This document shows positions 8,829 through 18,272 of a stretch of DNA of 42,142 nucleotides, one piece after another. Origin of the DNA: Candidatus Limnocylindrales bacterium. GTDB lineage: Bacteria; Eisenbacteria; RBG-16-71-46; SZUA-252. The DNA lies in contig DATGVG010000056.1 in assembly GCA_035300625.1 (NCBI GenBank), positions 1 through 42,142 of the forward strand, in the 5' to 3' direction. Both the position numbers and the translations under genes were made by a program. The notes under the pieces were generated by a model that saw only the letters and a list, made by a program, of their open reading frames with translations, ran no database searches and was not told the DNA's origin. Position 1 is the first letter of the stretch. Each line of letters begins with the position of its first letter.

Positions 8829-9797
8829 TCAGCTGAGGGGGGCGTAGACGTCCTCCAGGACTTCCTTGGGATCGGGGTGCGGGCTCTTCTCGGCGAAGTC
8901 GATCGCCTCCTCGATCTCGCGCTCGATCCGCTGGAGGGTGTGCTGCTTGTGCGCCTCGTCGATCACCCCGCGCTCCAGGAGCAGCCGCTCGAAGCGCGGC
9001 ACGGGGTCGCGACGCTTCCACGACTCCAGCTCTTCCTGGGTCCGGTAATTGGCCGGATCGATCTCCGAGTGGCCGTACCACCGGTACGTCTTCATCTCGA
9101 TCAGCGTCGGGCCCTCGCCGCGGCGCGCCTTCTTGACCGCCTCGCGCGTCGTCTCGTAGGTCGCCATCAGGTCGTTCCCGTCGATGGTGACCCCCGGGAA
9201 GCCGTAGGCCTTGGCGCGCTCGGACAGGTTGTCCACCGGCACGCCCAGGCTCTTCGGCACCGATTCGGCCCAGAGATTGTCCTGCACGACGAAGACGCAG
9301 GCGAGCTTGTGAATGCCCGCGAAGTTCAGCGCCTCGTGCCACACCCCGTTCGACGTGGCGCCCTCGCCCACGAAGGCGACCGCCACGTTGTCCTTCTTCT
9401 GGATCTTCCACGCGAGCGCCGAGCCCGTCACGATCGGCGTCTGCGCCGCGATGGTCGAGGCGGGCGTGACGATGCCCATCGGCTTCCAGCCGTAGTGGCA
9501 TGGGTGCGATTTGCCGCGGTCGGGGCTGTCCTTTCGCGCGAAGAGCTGCGCCATGAGGTACTTGATCGGCATCCCCTTCGTGATGACGGCGCCGATCTCC
9601 CGGTGCTGGATGCCGATGAAGTCGTCGGGGCGGAGCCCATAGCAGGAGCCGACGACCGTGGCCTCCTGGCCGACGGCGGAGAAATAGGTGCCGTGGAAGC
9701 GCCCCTGCTTGAACAGCCTGCGGCAGCGCTCGTCCACCTGGCGCACCAGGTTCATGTAGTAGTAGAGGCCCTTCAGCTCGTCGTTGGTGACCGCCAT
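8829..9797 (-). CDS. 2-oxoacid dehydrogenase E1 component, alpha subunit (TPP-dependent)
   Basis: Thiamine diphosphate fold motifs are present (FVGEGATSNGVWHEALNFA, VVQDNLWA). I prefer the start at Met 9797 (MAVTNDEL) because GGAGGAAGG lies immediately upstream; the longest ORF reaches 9827. Confidence 0.9.
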   Translation of the reverse strand: MAVTNDELKGLYYYMNLVRQVDERCRRLFKQGRFHGTYFSAVGQEATVVGSCYGLRPDDFIGIQHREIGAVITKGMPIKYLMAQLFARKDSPDRGKSHPCHYGWKPMGIVTPASTIAAQTPIVTGSALAWKIQKKDNVAVAFVGEGATSNGVWHEALNFAGIHKLACVFVVQDNLWAESVPKSLGVPVDNLSERAKAYGFPGVTIDGNDLMATYETTREAVKKARRGEGPTLIEMKTYRWYGHSEIDPANYRTQEELESWKRRDPVPRFERLLLERGVIDEAHKQHTLQRIEREIEEAIDFAEKSPHPDPKEVLEDVYAPLS

Positions 9798-9924
9798 CCT
9801 TCCTCCCCTGGGTTCGCGAACCAGCATGCGACGTTACCATAGGTTGCGCGGGCGCGCCACCCGGCGGCGCGCGTCTGATATGATGTAGAGCCCGGTCCGC
9901 CGCACACCACCTAGAGGAGAGACG

Positions 9925-11007
9925 ATGGCGCCGTCCCCGATTGCCGAAGCCCAAGTCCTGGATGCCCTTCGATCCGTCATGGATCCCGATCTCCACAAGG
10001 ATATCGTTTCCCTGGGATTCATCCGGAACATGACGATCGAGGAGGGCGTCGTGAGCTTCGACGTCAACCTGACCACCCCCGCTTGCCCGGTCAAGGAGCG
10101 GCTCCGCGAGCAGTCGCGCCGGGCGGTGATGGCGGTCCCCGGCGTCACCGACGCGCGCGTCAACATGACGGCCGAAGTCCGCCGCCCGCAGACGCCGAGC
10201 ACGTCGGCGCTCCAGAACGTGCGGAACATCGTGGCGGTGGGAAGCGGGAAGGGGGGCGTCGGCAAGTCCACGATCGCGGCCAACATCGCGGCCTCACTCG
10301 CCAAGAGCGGCGCGCGCGTCGGCCTTCTGGACGCGGACATCTACGGTCCCTCCATTCCCATCATGATGCGCTCGGCCCGTCCCGCCGAGCCCCGGCCCGA
10401 CAACACCATCGAGCCGGGAGAGGCGCACGGGGTCAAGGTCATGTCGATGGGGTACTTCACGCCGGGCGACCAGCCCCTCATCTGGAGGGGGCCGATGGCC
10501 CACAAGGCGCTCCAGCAGGGCCTTCTCAGCGTGAACTGGGGCGAGCTGGACTACCTGATCGTGGACCTGCCGCCCGGGACCGGTGACGTGCACCTGACCC
10601 TGGTGCAGACCGTGCCCGTGACCGGCGGGGTGATCGTCTCCACGCCGCAGGACGTGGGGCTCCAGATTTCGATGAAGACGCTCCGCATGCTGCAGCAGAC
10701 GAAGGTGCCGATCCTGGGCATCGTGGAGAACATGTCGTTTTACGTGTGCCCCCACTGCGGCGGCCGCGACGACCTGTTCGGACACGGAGGCGCCGAGGAG
10801 GCCGCCAAATCGCTGGACGTTCCGTTCCTGGGCGCGGTCCCGCTCGATCCCGCCATCCGCCGCGCCTCCGACGATGGGACGCCGGTCGTCATCGCCGAGC
10901 CCGAGTCCAGCGCGGGGAAGGCGATGGCCGAGGTGGCCGGGGCGCTGGCGCGCCAGGTGAGCATCCGGGCGTTCCGCCACCTGAGCCTCTCGATCGTGGA
11001 GGAGTGA
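9925..11007 (+). CDS. apbC: Fe-S cluster carrier ATPase Mrp/ApbC (NBP35 family)
   Basis: N-terminal DUF59-like domain (VMDPDLHKDIVSLGFI), deviant Walker A GSGKGGVGKST, and the CPHCG cluster-binding motif. SD GAGGAGA is present. Confidence 0.9.
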   Translation: MAPSPIAEAQVLDALRSVMDPDLHKDIVSLGFIRNMTIEEGVVSFDVNLTTPACPVKERLREQSRRAVMAVPGVTDARVNMTAEVRRPQTPSTSALQNVRNIVAVGSGKGGVGKSTIAANIAASLAKSGARVGLLDADIYGPSIPIMMRSARPAEPRPDNTIEPGEAHGVKVMSMGYFTPGDQPLIWRGPMAHKALQQGLLSVNWGELDYLIVDLPPGTGDVHLTLVQTVPVTGGVIVSTPQDVGLQISMKTLRMLQQTKVPILGIVENMSFYVCPHCGGRDDLFGHGGAEEAAKSLDVPFLGAVPLDPAIRRASDDGTPVVIAEPESSAGKAMAEVAGALARQVSIRAFRHLSLSIVEE

Positions 11008-11351
11008 CGCCGGTGCCGGCGCTCCACCCCGACCAGACCACCCCGGTCGAGTTGCGCAAGAAGGGGGGCGAGCGCTTCACCGTCCGCTGGGCGGACGGGC
11101 ACGAGTCCGCGTTCGGCGCCCGCACGCTCCGCGGCCGCTGCCCCTGCGCCCAGTGCGTCAGCGAGACCACGGGCCAGCGCCTGGTCTTCGAGGAGCACGT
11201 GAGTCCGGACGTCGCGATCCTCGCCGCGCGCACCGTCGGGCACTATGCGGTCCACTTCGACTGGAGCGACGGACACACCACGGGGATCTACTCCTTCGAC
11301 TACCTCCGCCGCATCTGCCCGTGCGACCTCTGCACGGGCCGGGCGGCCTGA
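11004..11351 (+). CDS. DUF971 (gamma-butyrobetaine hydroxylase-like N-terminal domain) protein
   Basis: The sequence FTVRWADGHESAFGARTLRGRCPCAQC...HYAVHFDWSDGHTTGIYSFDYLR matches the DUF971 pattern. The start is GTG 11004 (GTGA overlap with the mrp stop) or GTG 11013. Confidence 0.7.
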   Translation: MTPVPALHPDQTTPVELRKKGGERFTVRWADGHESAFGARTLRGRCPCAQCVSETTGQRLVFEEHVSPDVAILAARTVGHYAVHFDWSDGHTTGIYSFDYLRRICPCDLCTGRAA

Positions 11352-12595
11352 AGCACCCCGCCATCCGCGCCCTCGAGGGCCCGCTCGGCGGCTTCCACCG
11401 GCTGGAGGAGTGGAAGCGGACGCTCTTCGCGCTCTGGACGGCGCAGTTCTTCACCATGCTCGGCATCAGCATGTACCTGCCGTTCCTCCCCCTCTACCTC
11501 CGCAGCCTGGGCGTGACCGACCCCGCGCAGCTCCACCGGGTGAGCGGACTGTTGTTCGCCGCTCCGTTCTTCGCGGCCACGGTGGCGACGCCGGTCTGGG
11601 GGCTCCTGGGGGACCGCCACGGGCGGAAGCTGATGGTCGTGCGCGCCAGCCTGGGCCTCTCGGTGGCGACGCTGATCATGGGGTTTGCCCGCACCGTGCC
11701 GCAGCTCTTCGTGCTGCGACTGGCGCAGGGGGCGGTGTCCGGGTTCATCGCCGCCGCGCTCGCGCTGATGGCGTCGCGGGCCCCGCGGGAGCGGATGGGC
11801 TATGCGCTCGGCACGCTCCAGACCGCGATCCCCACCGGCACCATTCTCGGGCCTCTGATCGGCGGCACGCTGGCCGACCTGATGGGCTACCGGCACGTCT
11901 TCTTCGTCACGTCGGCCATGACCTTCATCGCGGGCGTCCTCGTCATCCTGCTCGTGCCGCGCGATTTTCCCCCGCAGAGCGAGGCGAAGTTCTCGAGCGT
12001 GTTCGACAATTACCGCACAGTCTTCGGCTCGCGGCAGTTCCGGATCCTCTTCCTGGTGCTCTTCGGAAGCCAGTTCGCGCTGATGTCGATCCAGCCGGTG
12101 ATGGCCCTCTATGTTGAATCGCTGGGAGCGAGCGGGCGGCTCCTGGCGACCACGACCGGAGTCATCTTCGCGGTGACGGGCATCGCGAGCGCCCTCGGGG
12201 CTCCGCGGTGGGGAAGGCGCGGGGACCGGAAGGGGTACCGCTCGACCCTGGCGCGCGCCCTGGCCGGGGCCGCTCTCTTCGCTCTCCCTCAGGGGCTGGT
12301 GGCCCGCACGTGGCAGCTCTTTCTGCTCCGCATCGGGTACGGCTCCTTCATCGGTGGGATCGTTCCTCCGGTGCAGGCTATGATCGGGATCAGCGCCCCG
12401 CCCGAGCGCCGCGCCGGCATCATGGGGGTCACGTCCACGGCGCTGATGCTTGGGAACTTGGCCGGGCCCCTGATCGGGGGTACGGTCGCGGGAAGCTTCG
12501 GACCCCGGTCGGTCTTTTTCCTGGCTACCGGAGTCTTCGTGGTTCTCCTGGCGGGCCTCTATCCGCGATTGGAAGAGCCGCCGCGCCCCACCTGA
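11321..12595 (+). CDS. MFS transporter (MdtG-like multidrug-type)
   Basis: About 12 predicted helices and the MFS motif GLLGDRHGRK. The start is uncertain. The first in-frame ATG (11456) would truncate TM1, so a GTG (11321) or CTG (11348/11402) start is implied. Confidence 0.75.
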   Translation: MRPLHGPGGLKHPAIRALEGPLGGFHRLEEWKRTLFALWTAQFFTMLGISMYLPFLPLYLRSLGVTDPAQLHRVSGLLFAAPFFAATVATPVWGLLGDRHGRKLMVVRASLGLSVATLIMGFARTVPQLFVLRLAQGAVSGFIAAALALMASRAPRERMGYALGTLQTAIPTGTILGPLIGGTLADLMGYRHVFFVTSAMTFIAGVLVILLVPRDFPPQSEAKFSSVFDNYRTVFGSRQFRILFLVLFGSQFALMSIQPVMALYVESLGASGRLLATTTGVIFAVTGIASALGAPRWGRRGDRKGYRSTLARALAGAALFALPQGLVARTWQLFLLRIGYGSFIGGIVPPVQAMIGISAPPERRAGIMGVTSTALMLGNLAGPLIGGTVAGSFGPRSVFFLATGVFVVLLAGLYPRLEEPPRPT

Positions 12596-12611
12596 GAAGG
12601 AAGGAGCCGCA

Positions 12612-13076
12612 ATGAAACGGATGATCGCGCCGGCCGCGTGGATTCTGACGTCGCTCCTCGTCGTGGGACCCGCGAGTGCCGCGCGGGCCGACACGCTCCA
12701 GGAAGAGGCGCAGATCCGAGGGGTGAACGCGCAGGAAGTGATCGCGCTCCAGGCGAACGACCGGAAGACCTTGAAGAAGATCTGGCACGATGAATTCCAC
12801 GTCACCAACCCGTTCAACAAATTCGTCGACAAGAAGCAGGTGCTTGAAATGCTCGACGAGGGAATGCTGGCCTTCTCCTCGCTCACCCGGAATATCGAGT
12901 ACGTCCGGATCTACGACCACACCGCCGTGGTTGTCGGGAGCGAGAACGTCGTGTGGGCCGGGAAGATGCCCGGCGCGGGGAATCACTCCGTCGTGCGGTT
13001 CACCTCCGTATGGCTGGAGAAGGGGGACACGTGGCAGGAGGTGGCCCGCCACGCGAGCATGGTCCTTGGACCCTAG
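12612..13076 (+). CDS. Secreted SnoaL-like/DUF4440 (NTF2-fold) protein
   Basis: Signal peptide MKRMIAPAAWILTSLLVVGPASAARA. Its size and the pattern (...DDF..T.P......K...L......G......... R.T.VW.K....W....H.S) are typical of DUF4440. SD AAGGAAGGAG is present. Confidence 0.55.
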   Translation: MKRMIAPAAWILTSLLVVGPASAARADTLQEEAQIRGVNAQEVIALQANDRKTLKKIWHDEFHVTNPFNKFVDKKQVLEMLDEGMLAFSSLTRNIEYVRIYDHTAVVVGSENVVWAGKMPGAGNHSVVRFTSVWLEKGDTWQEVARHASMVLGP

Positions 13077-13141
13077 GAGCTCGCTCTGATAACATCGCAC
13101 CCTTCCGCCACTTTCGCTGTTTCTGCCGCCCGGGAGGGGAC

Positions 13142-14125
13142 GTGCGATTTGGGACCACTCTAGCCGGCAGCTATCCCAAGCTGCCGAGCCGCGCGGGGGA
13201 CGTGAACCTTCGCGTCGTGAAGAACCGCCGTGATCAGGGAAAGGCGAGCGACCAGGACGTCACGGACGCGGTCCGCGAAACCACGCGGCGCGTGCTGGCC
13301 CTGGAGGAGCGGGCAGGGCTGGACGTCCTGATGGACGGGTGCGCCGCGTGGGACGATGCGCAGACCTACGTCGCGCGCGGGCTGGAGGGCATCCGGATCG
13401 CGGGACTGATCCGCTACCTCGACACCAACACCTACTATCGCCAGCCGGAGATCGCCGGCCCGGTCTCGTGGAAGTCTCCGATCACGGTGGAGGATTTCCG
13501 CGCCGCGAAGGGGATGACCTCACGGCCCGTGAAGGCGTTCCTCCCCGGCCCGTATTCGCTCTATCGGTTCTCGAAGGACCTTCACTACGCCGATCCGGTG
13601 CGAGCCTGCTCCGCGCTCGGCGAGGCCCTCGCGAAAGAGGCCGCGGCGCTGGAAGCCGCGGGCGCGTCGTGGATCCACCTCGAGGAGCCGTGGCTGGGAC
13701 GCGCGCGGGCCGAGGACGCCGCGGCCGTGCGCGCGGCGCTCACGCCCGTGCTCGCGGGGCGCACCCTGCGCACCGTGCTGCACGTTCCCTTCCGGGCCCC
13801 CAGCGCGATCTTCGCCTCGATCCGGGACCTCCCCTGGAACACGCTCGGTCTGGATCTGGTGGAAGCGCCCGCCGGCTGGGAGCTGATCCCCATGCTGCCG
13901 GAAGGGCGCGGCGTGGCCCTGGGCCTGATCGACGCGCGGAACACGAAGCTGGAGGATAGCGCGGAGGTCGCGCGGCAGGCCGCGCGGGCGGCGGGTCTTC
14001 GCCCCGACCTCCACTACCAGATCACTCCGACGGCGAGCCTCGAGTACCTGCCCGCCGACAGGGCAGAGGCCAAGGTCGCGCGGCTGGTCGATTCGGCCCG
14101 TCTCGCCGGAAAGGGGGACGCATGA
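13142..14125 (+). CDS. MetE-like TIM-barrel protein lacking zinc ligands (equivalent to the MetE N-terminal domain)
   Basis: GTG start after GGGAGGGGA. The protein is colinear with the next gene (GSYPK..., LPGPYS, IHLEEP) but has LHVPF in place of HICYG and TPTASLEY in place of DPDCGLK. Confidence 0.65.
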   Translation: MRFGTTLAGSYPKLPSRAGDVNLRVVKNRRDQGKASDQDVTDAVRETTRRVLALEERAGLDVLMDGCAAWDDAQTYVARGLEGIRIAGLIRYLDTNTYYRQPEIAGPVSWKSPITVEDFRAAKGMTSRPVKAFLPGPYSLYRFSKDLHYADPVRACSALGEALAKEAAALEAAGASWIHLEEPWLGRARAEDAAAVRAALTPVLAGRTLRTVLHVPFRAPSAIFASIRDLPWNTLGLDLVEAPAGWELIPMLPEGRGVALGLIDARNTKLEDSAEVARQAARAAGLRPDLHYQITPTASLEYLPADRAEAKVARLVDSARLAGKGDA

Positions 14126-15120
14126 TCACCCGAGGGCTCTGGACCACCACTGTGGGGAGCTTTCCCAAGCCGCCGCATCTGGAGAAGGCCCGCCAGGCGC
14201 ACGCGCGCGGCGAGCTGACCGCGGAGCGTCTTTTCGCGATGGAGCGCGAGGAGACGGTGAAGGTGATCCGCCAGCAGGAAGAGGTGGGGCTGGACATCCT
14301 GGTGGACGGCGAGCTCTACCGGGGCGACATGACCACGTACTTCGCCGAGCGCATGCCCGGCTTCGCCATCTCGAACCCGGTCCGCTCCTACGGCAACCGG
14401 TACTACCGGAAGCCGATCGCGGTCGGGCCGATCCGCCGCGACAAGGAGCAGACCGTGTCGTGGTGGCAATTCGCGCAGGCGCAGACCTCGAAGCCGATCA
14501 AGGGGATGCTCACGGGGCCGTACACGATGATGGACTGGTCGTTCAACGAGCACTACCCCACGCGCGAGGCGATGGCCATGGACCTGGCCGCCGCCGTGAA
14601 CGAGGAAGCGCTCGCGCTCCAGGAGGCGGGAGCCAAGTTCATCCAGATCGACGAACCCGCCGTCTCCGTGCGGCCGGAAGAGCTGCCGCTGGCTGTGAAG
14701 GCGCTGGGACGCGCGGTCCGGGGTCTCACGGCCAAGACGATCACCCACATCTGCTACGGCGACTTCGACGTGATCTACCCCGCGCTCCTCGACCTGCCGG
14801 TGGACATGATCGATCTCGAGATGGCGAACAGCCGCTACGACCTGCTCGAGCACTTCCGCGCCCAACCCTTCACGAAGGAGATCGGATACGGCGTGCTGGA
14901 CGTTCACAGCCACCGCATCGAGTCGAAGGAAGAAGTGAAGGAGGGAATCCGCCGCGGTCTTTTAGTGCTGCGCCCCGAGCAGATGTACGTGGACCCCGAC
15001 TGCGGCTTGAAGACGCGCACCGTCGAGGAGGCCTTCGCGAAGCTCCGCGTCATGGTGGACGCCGTTCGGGAGGTGCGGGCGGAGCTGGGAATCGCCGTGG
15101 AGCAAGGCGCCACCGCGTGA
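14122..15120 (+). CDS. metE: Cobalamin-independent methionine synthase catalytic (core/C-terminal-type) protein
   Basis: Motifs VGSFPKP, LVDGE, MLTGPYTM and IQIDEPA are present. Candidate zinc ligands are H-I-C (THICYGDF), E (DLEMA) and C (DPDCGLKTR). The start makes an ATGA overlap with the upstream paralog. Confidence 0.85.
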   Translation: MITRGLWTTTVGSFPKPPHLEKARQAHARGELTAERLFAMEREETVKVIRQQEEVGLDILVDGELYRGDMTTYFAERMPGFAISNPVRSYGNRYYRKPIAVGPIRRDKEQTVSWWQFAQAQTSKPIKGMLTGPYTMMDWSFNEHYPTREAMAMDLAAAVNEEALALQEAGAKFIQIDEPAVSVRPEELPLAVKALGRAVRGLTAKTITHICYGDFDVIYPALLDLPVDMIDLEMANSRYDLLEHFRAQPFTKEIGYGVLDVHSHRIESKEEVKEGIRRGLLVLRPEQMYVDPDCGLKTRTVEEAFAKLRVMVDAVREVRAELGIAVEQGATA

Positions 15121-16370
15121 CCGATTCGCGCTCGGCCGACCTCTCGGGGCTTCGCATCGACCGGGAGGCGCCGCGGCGCCCGCCCGGCCGGAAGCGGCTG
15201 GTGACGGCGGGGATTGTGGGCGCCGTGGTCCTGATCGGCGCGATCGCCATGGTCGCGAACGCGCTCCGCCCCAAGACGCTCGAAGTGCGCGTCGCCGCGG
15301 CGGAGGCCGTGGGCGGCGCCCCCGGCGCGGGCGGCTCCGAGGTGCTCACCGCCAACGGCTACGTCGTGGCGAGGCAGCGCGCATCGGTCTCGACCGAGGT
15401 CGGCGGGAGGCTCGCCGCCCTCTACGTGGCCGAAGGAAGCCGGGTCCGGAAGGGGCAGGTCCTGGGCGTGCTCCGGAACGACGAGCAGCTGGCCGCCGTC
15501 GAAAGCGCGCGGGCCGCGCTCGCGTCCGCCAAGGCGTCGCGCTCGGAGGCCGAGGCCGGCGCGTACGAGGCGGAGGTGGCGCGGAAGCGGCTGAACACGC
15601 TGCTCGCGCGGGGACTGGTGAGCCAATCCGACTACGACCAGGGCGACGCGCGGGCGAAAGTGGCCGCCGCGCGCACCGAGAGCGCCGTCGCCGCGGTCGC
15701 CGACGCCCAGGCGCGGCTGTCGGCCGCCCAGGTCGAGTACGCCCGCACCTTCATTCGCGCGCCGTTTTCGGGCGCGGTCCTCCGGAAAGAAGCCGAAGTG
15801 GGAGAAATCGTGAGCCCGATCCCCTCGAGCGGCGGGCTGACGCGCGGCGCCATCGTCACGATGGCCGATCTCGGCTCCCTCGAGGTGGACGTGGACGTGA
15901 ACGAAGGGTATGTTGCGCGCGCGCACGAGGGGATGCGGACCGAGATCACGCTGGACGCCTATCCCGGCGACCGCTACCCGGGCCGGGTGCGCCAGATCGT
16001 GCCCACCGCCGACCGTCAGAAGGCGACCGTGCTGGTCAAGGTCACCTTCGACAAGCTGGACGGGCGCGTCCTTCCCGAGATGGGAGCCAAGGTGACGTTC
16101 CTGGAGGACGCCGCGGGGAGCGGCGGAGCGGCCGCAGGCGCGCGCGTGGCCTCCGCGGCGGTGACGATCCCGAAAGGGGCGGTGGCCGAGCGCGACGGGC
16201 GCGCGGTGGTCTTCGTGGCGGAGGGAGGACGCGCGGCCCTGCGAAGCATCATGCCCCGGCCCTACGGGAGCGACAAGGTGGTCGTCTCCGGCGGACTCGC
16301 GCCCGGAGAGAGCGTCGTGCTGGATCCGCCGGTTCCACTGGCGGACGGATCGCGGATTCGGACCAGGTAG
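15117..16370 (+). CDS. Efflux periplasmic adaptor (HlyD/MacA membrane-fusion family)
   Basis: GTG start overlapping the metE stop (GTGA). It has an N-terminal TM anchor, a lipoyl-like motif ([22 protein letters not shown]), a coiled-coil hairpin, and IRAPFSGAV. Confidence 0.85.
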   Translation: MTDSRSADLSGLRIDREAPRRPPGRKRLVTAGIVGAVVLIGAIAMVANALRPKTLEVRVAAAEAVGGAPGAGGSEVLTANGYVVARQRASVSTEVGGRLAALYVAEGSRVRKGQVLGVLRNDEQLAAVESARAALASAKASRSEAEAGAYEAEVARKRLNTLLARGLVSQSDYDQGDARAKVAAARTESAVAAVADAQARLSAAQVEYARTFIRAPFSGAVLRKEAEVGEIVSPIPSSGGLTRGAIVTMADLGSLEVDVDVNEGYVARAHEGMRTEITLDAYPGDRYPGRVRQIVPTADRQKATVLVKVTFDKLDGRVLPEMGAKVTFLEDAAGSGGAAAGARVASAAVTIPKGAVAERDGRAVVFVAEGGRAALRSIMPRPYGSDKVVVSGGLAPGESVVLDPPVPLADGSRIRTR

Positions 16371-16383
16371 GGAGATCGGGCGA

Positions 16384-17064
16384 ATGAAGAACGGCGAGCT
16401 GGTGCGGCTCCGGAACGTGCACAAGCGTTACCGGCGCGAGCAGAACGAGATTCGCGTGCTCGAGGGGATCAACCTGGACGTGAAGGAAGGGGACTTCCTT
16501 GCATTGATGGGGCCGAGCGGGTCGGGCAAGTCCACCCTCCTGAATCTCATCGGCGGCATCGACAAGCCGACCGAGGGGGAGGTGTGGGTAGCGGGCGAAT
16601 CGCTCGGCTCCCTCTCTTCGAACGCGCTCGCCGCGTGGAGGGCGCGGCACGTGGGATTCATTTTCCAGCTCTACAACCTGATCCCGGTCCTCACGGCCTA
16701 CCAGAACGTGGAGCTGCCGCTGCTCTTGACCCGGCTCTCCGGGAAGGAGCGCCGCGAGCGCGTCGCCCTGGCGCTCCGGCTGGTCGGCCTGGAGGATCGC
16801 GCCAAGCATTTTCCTCGGCAGCTCTCGGGCGGGGAGGAGCAGCGGATCGCCATCGCGCGCGCGATCGTCGCCGACCCGACGCTCCTGGTGGCGGACGAGC
16901 CGACGGGAGACCTGGACGCGAAGAACGCCGACGAGATCCTCACGCTCTTGAAGCGGCTGAACGAGGAGATGGGGAAGACGATCATCATGGTCACGCACGA
17001 TCCGCACGCGGCCCAGCGCGCCAAGGCCACGGTGCATCTGGAAAAGGGAGTGCTCCAGTCGTGA
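16384..17064 (+). CDS. ABC transporter ATP-binding protein (MacB/LolD type)
   Basis: Walker [11 protein letters not shown]-loop, signature LSGGEEQR, Walker [13 protein letters not shown], and H-loop VTHD. Confidence 0.9.
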   Translation: MKNGELVRLRNVHKRYRREQNEIRVLEGINLDVKEGDFLALMGPSGSGKSTLLNLIGGIDKPTEGEVWVAGESLGSLSSNALAAWRARHVGFIFQLYNLIPVLTAYQNVELPLLLTRLSGKERRERVALALRLVGLEDRAKHFPRQLSGGEEQRIAIARAIVADPTLLVADEPTGDLDAKNADEILTLLKRLNEEMGKTIIMVTHDPHAAQRAKATVHLEKGVLQS

Positions 17065-17092
17065 GCCCCCCGCCGGCCGGAGCGGCGCGCGC

Positions 17093-18241
17093 GTGAAATA
17101 CCTCCGCTACGTCGTGGCGCATTTGGCGCGCGCCAAGCGCCGGACGTTCCTCACCGTCTCGTCGATCGCGCTCGCGCTGTTCCTCTTTTGCACGCTCCGG
17201 ACCGTCATGACCTCGTTCGACGCGGCGCTCCGTGCCTCGGACGACACGCGGCTGGTCGTGCGCCACGCGGCCTCGCTCGTCTTTCCGCTGCCGCTTGCCT
17301 ACCGGGACCGCCTGGCGCAGATCCAGGACGTCGAGCACGTCGGGTACGGGAACTGGTTCGGCGGCTTCTACCAGGATCCCAAGAACCAGATCGCCGAGTT
17401 CGCCGTGGACGTGAAGAATTTCTTCCTGATCTACCCGGAGATTCTCCTCCCGGCCGACCAGCGCCGGGCCTTCGAGGGCGAGCGCACGGCCTGCCTCATC
17501 GGGCGGGGCCTGGCGAAGAAGTACGGATGGAAGCTGGGGGACGTGGTCCCGATCACCGGCACGATCTATCCCGGCGAATGGCGGCTGACCGTGCGGGGGA
17601 TCTACGCCGGGAAGACCGAGGACATCGACGAGAACACGATCTTCTTCAACTGGGAGTACCTGAACGAGTCGATGCCCGACGTGCGGAAGAACTGGGTCGG
17701 AATCTACTGGCTCCGGCTCCATTCCGCCTCGCTAGCCCCGGCGGTCAGCGATCGGGTGGACGCGATGTTCCAGAACAGCCCGCAGCCCACGAAGACGGAG
17801 ACCGAGAAGGCGTTCCAGGCCGGATTCCTCTCGATGATGGGGAACGTGAGCATGCTTCTGACGATCCTGGGTTCGGCGATCGTCTTCGCGATCATGCTGG
17901 TCACCGTGAACACGATGCTGATGGCGGCGCGCGAGCGGACCACGGAGATCGCCGTCCTGAAGACGCTCGGCTTCTCCAACCGGCTGATCCTCATGCTGGT
18001 CGGCGCGGAGGCGGTCCTCCTCTCCCTGGCCGGGGGAATCGTGGGATCCGCGGCGGCCTACGTCATCTTCCGGAACATCGACTTCACCGGGGGAGGAATG
18101 TTCGCCAATTTCCGCGTCCTGCCCGAGACGATCGGCTTCGGGCTATTGCTCGCCGTGTTCCTGGGACTCCTGAGCGGGCTGGTGCCCGCGATCCAGGCGT
18201 CGCGGCTCCAGATCGCGGGCGCGCTCCGGAAGGTGGCGTAG
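17093..18241 (+). CDS. ABC transporter permease (MacB periplasmic domain plus FtsX domain)
   Basis: GTG start. TM1 is followed by a large periplasmic domain and a C-terminal FtsX-type 3-TM bundle (RERTTEIAVLKTLGFS). Confidence 0.85.
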   Translation: MKYLRYVVAHLARAKRRTFLTVSSIALALFLFCTLRTVMTSFDAALRASDDTRLVVRHAASLVFPLPLAYRDRLAQIQDVEHVGYGNWFGGFYQDPKNQIAEFAVDVKNFFLIYPEILLPADQRRAFEGERTACLIGRGLAKKYGWKLGDVVPITGTIYPGEWRLTVRGIYAGKTEDIDENTIFFNWEYLNESMPDVRKNWVGIYWLRLHSASLAPAVSDRVDAMFQNSPQPTKTETEKAFQAGFLSMMGNVSMLLTILGSAIVFAIMLVTVNTMLMAARERTTEIAVLKTLGFSNRLILMLVGAEAVLLSLAGGIVGSAAAYVIFRNIDFTGGGMFANFRVLPETIGFGLLLAVFLGLLSGLVPAIQASRLQIAGALRKVA

Positions 18242-18272
18242 ATGGCGCTCCGCGAGCGGGGGCGCGGCTGAC

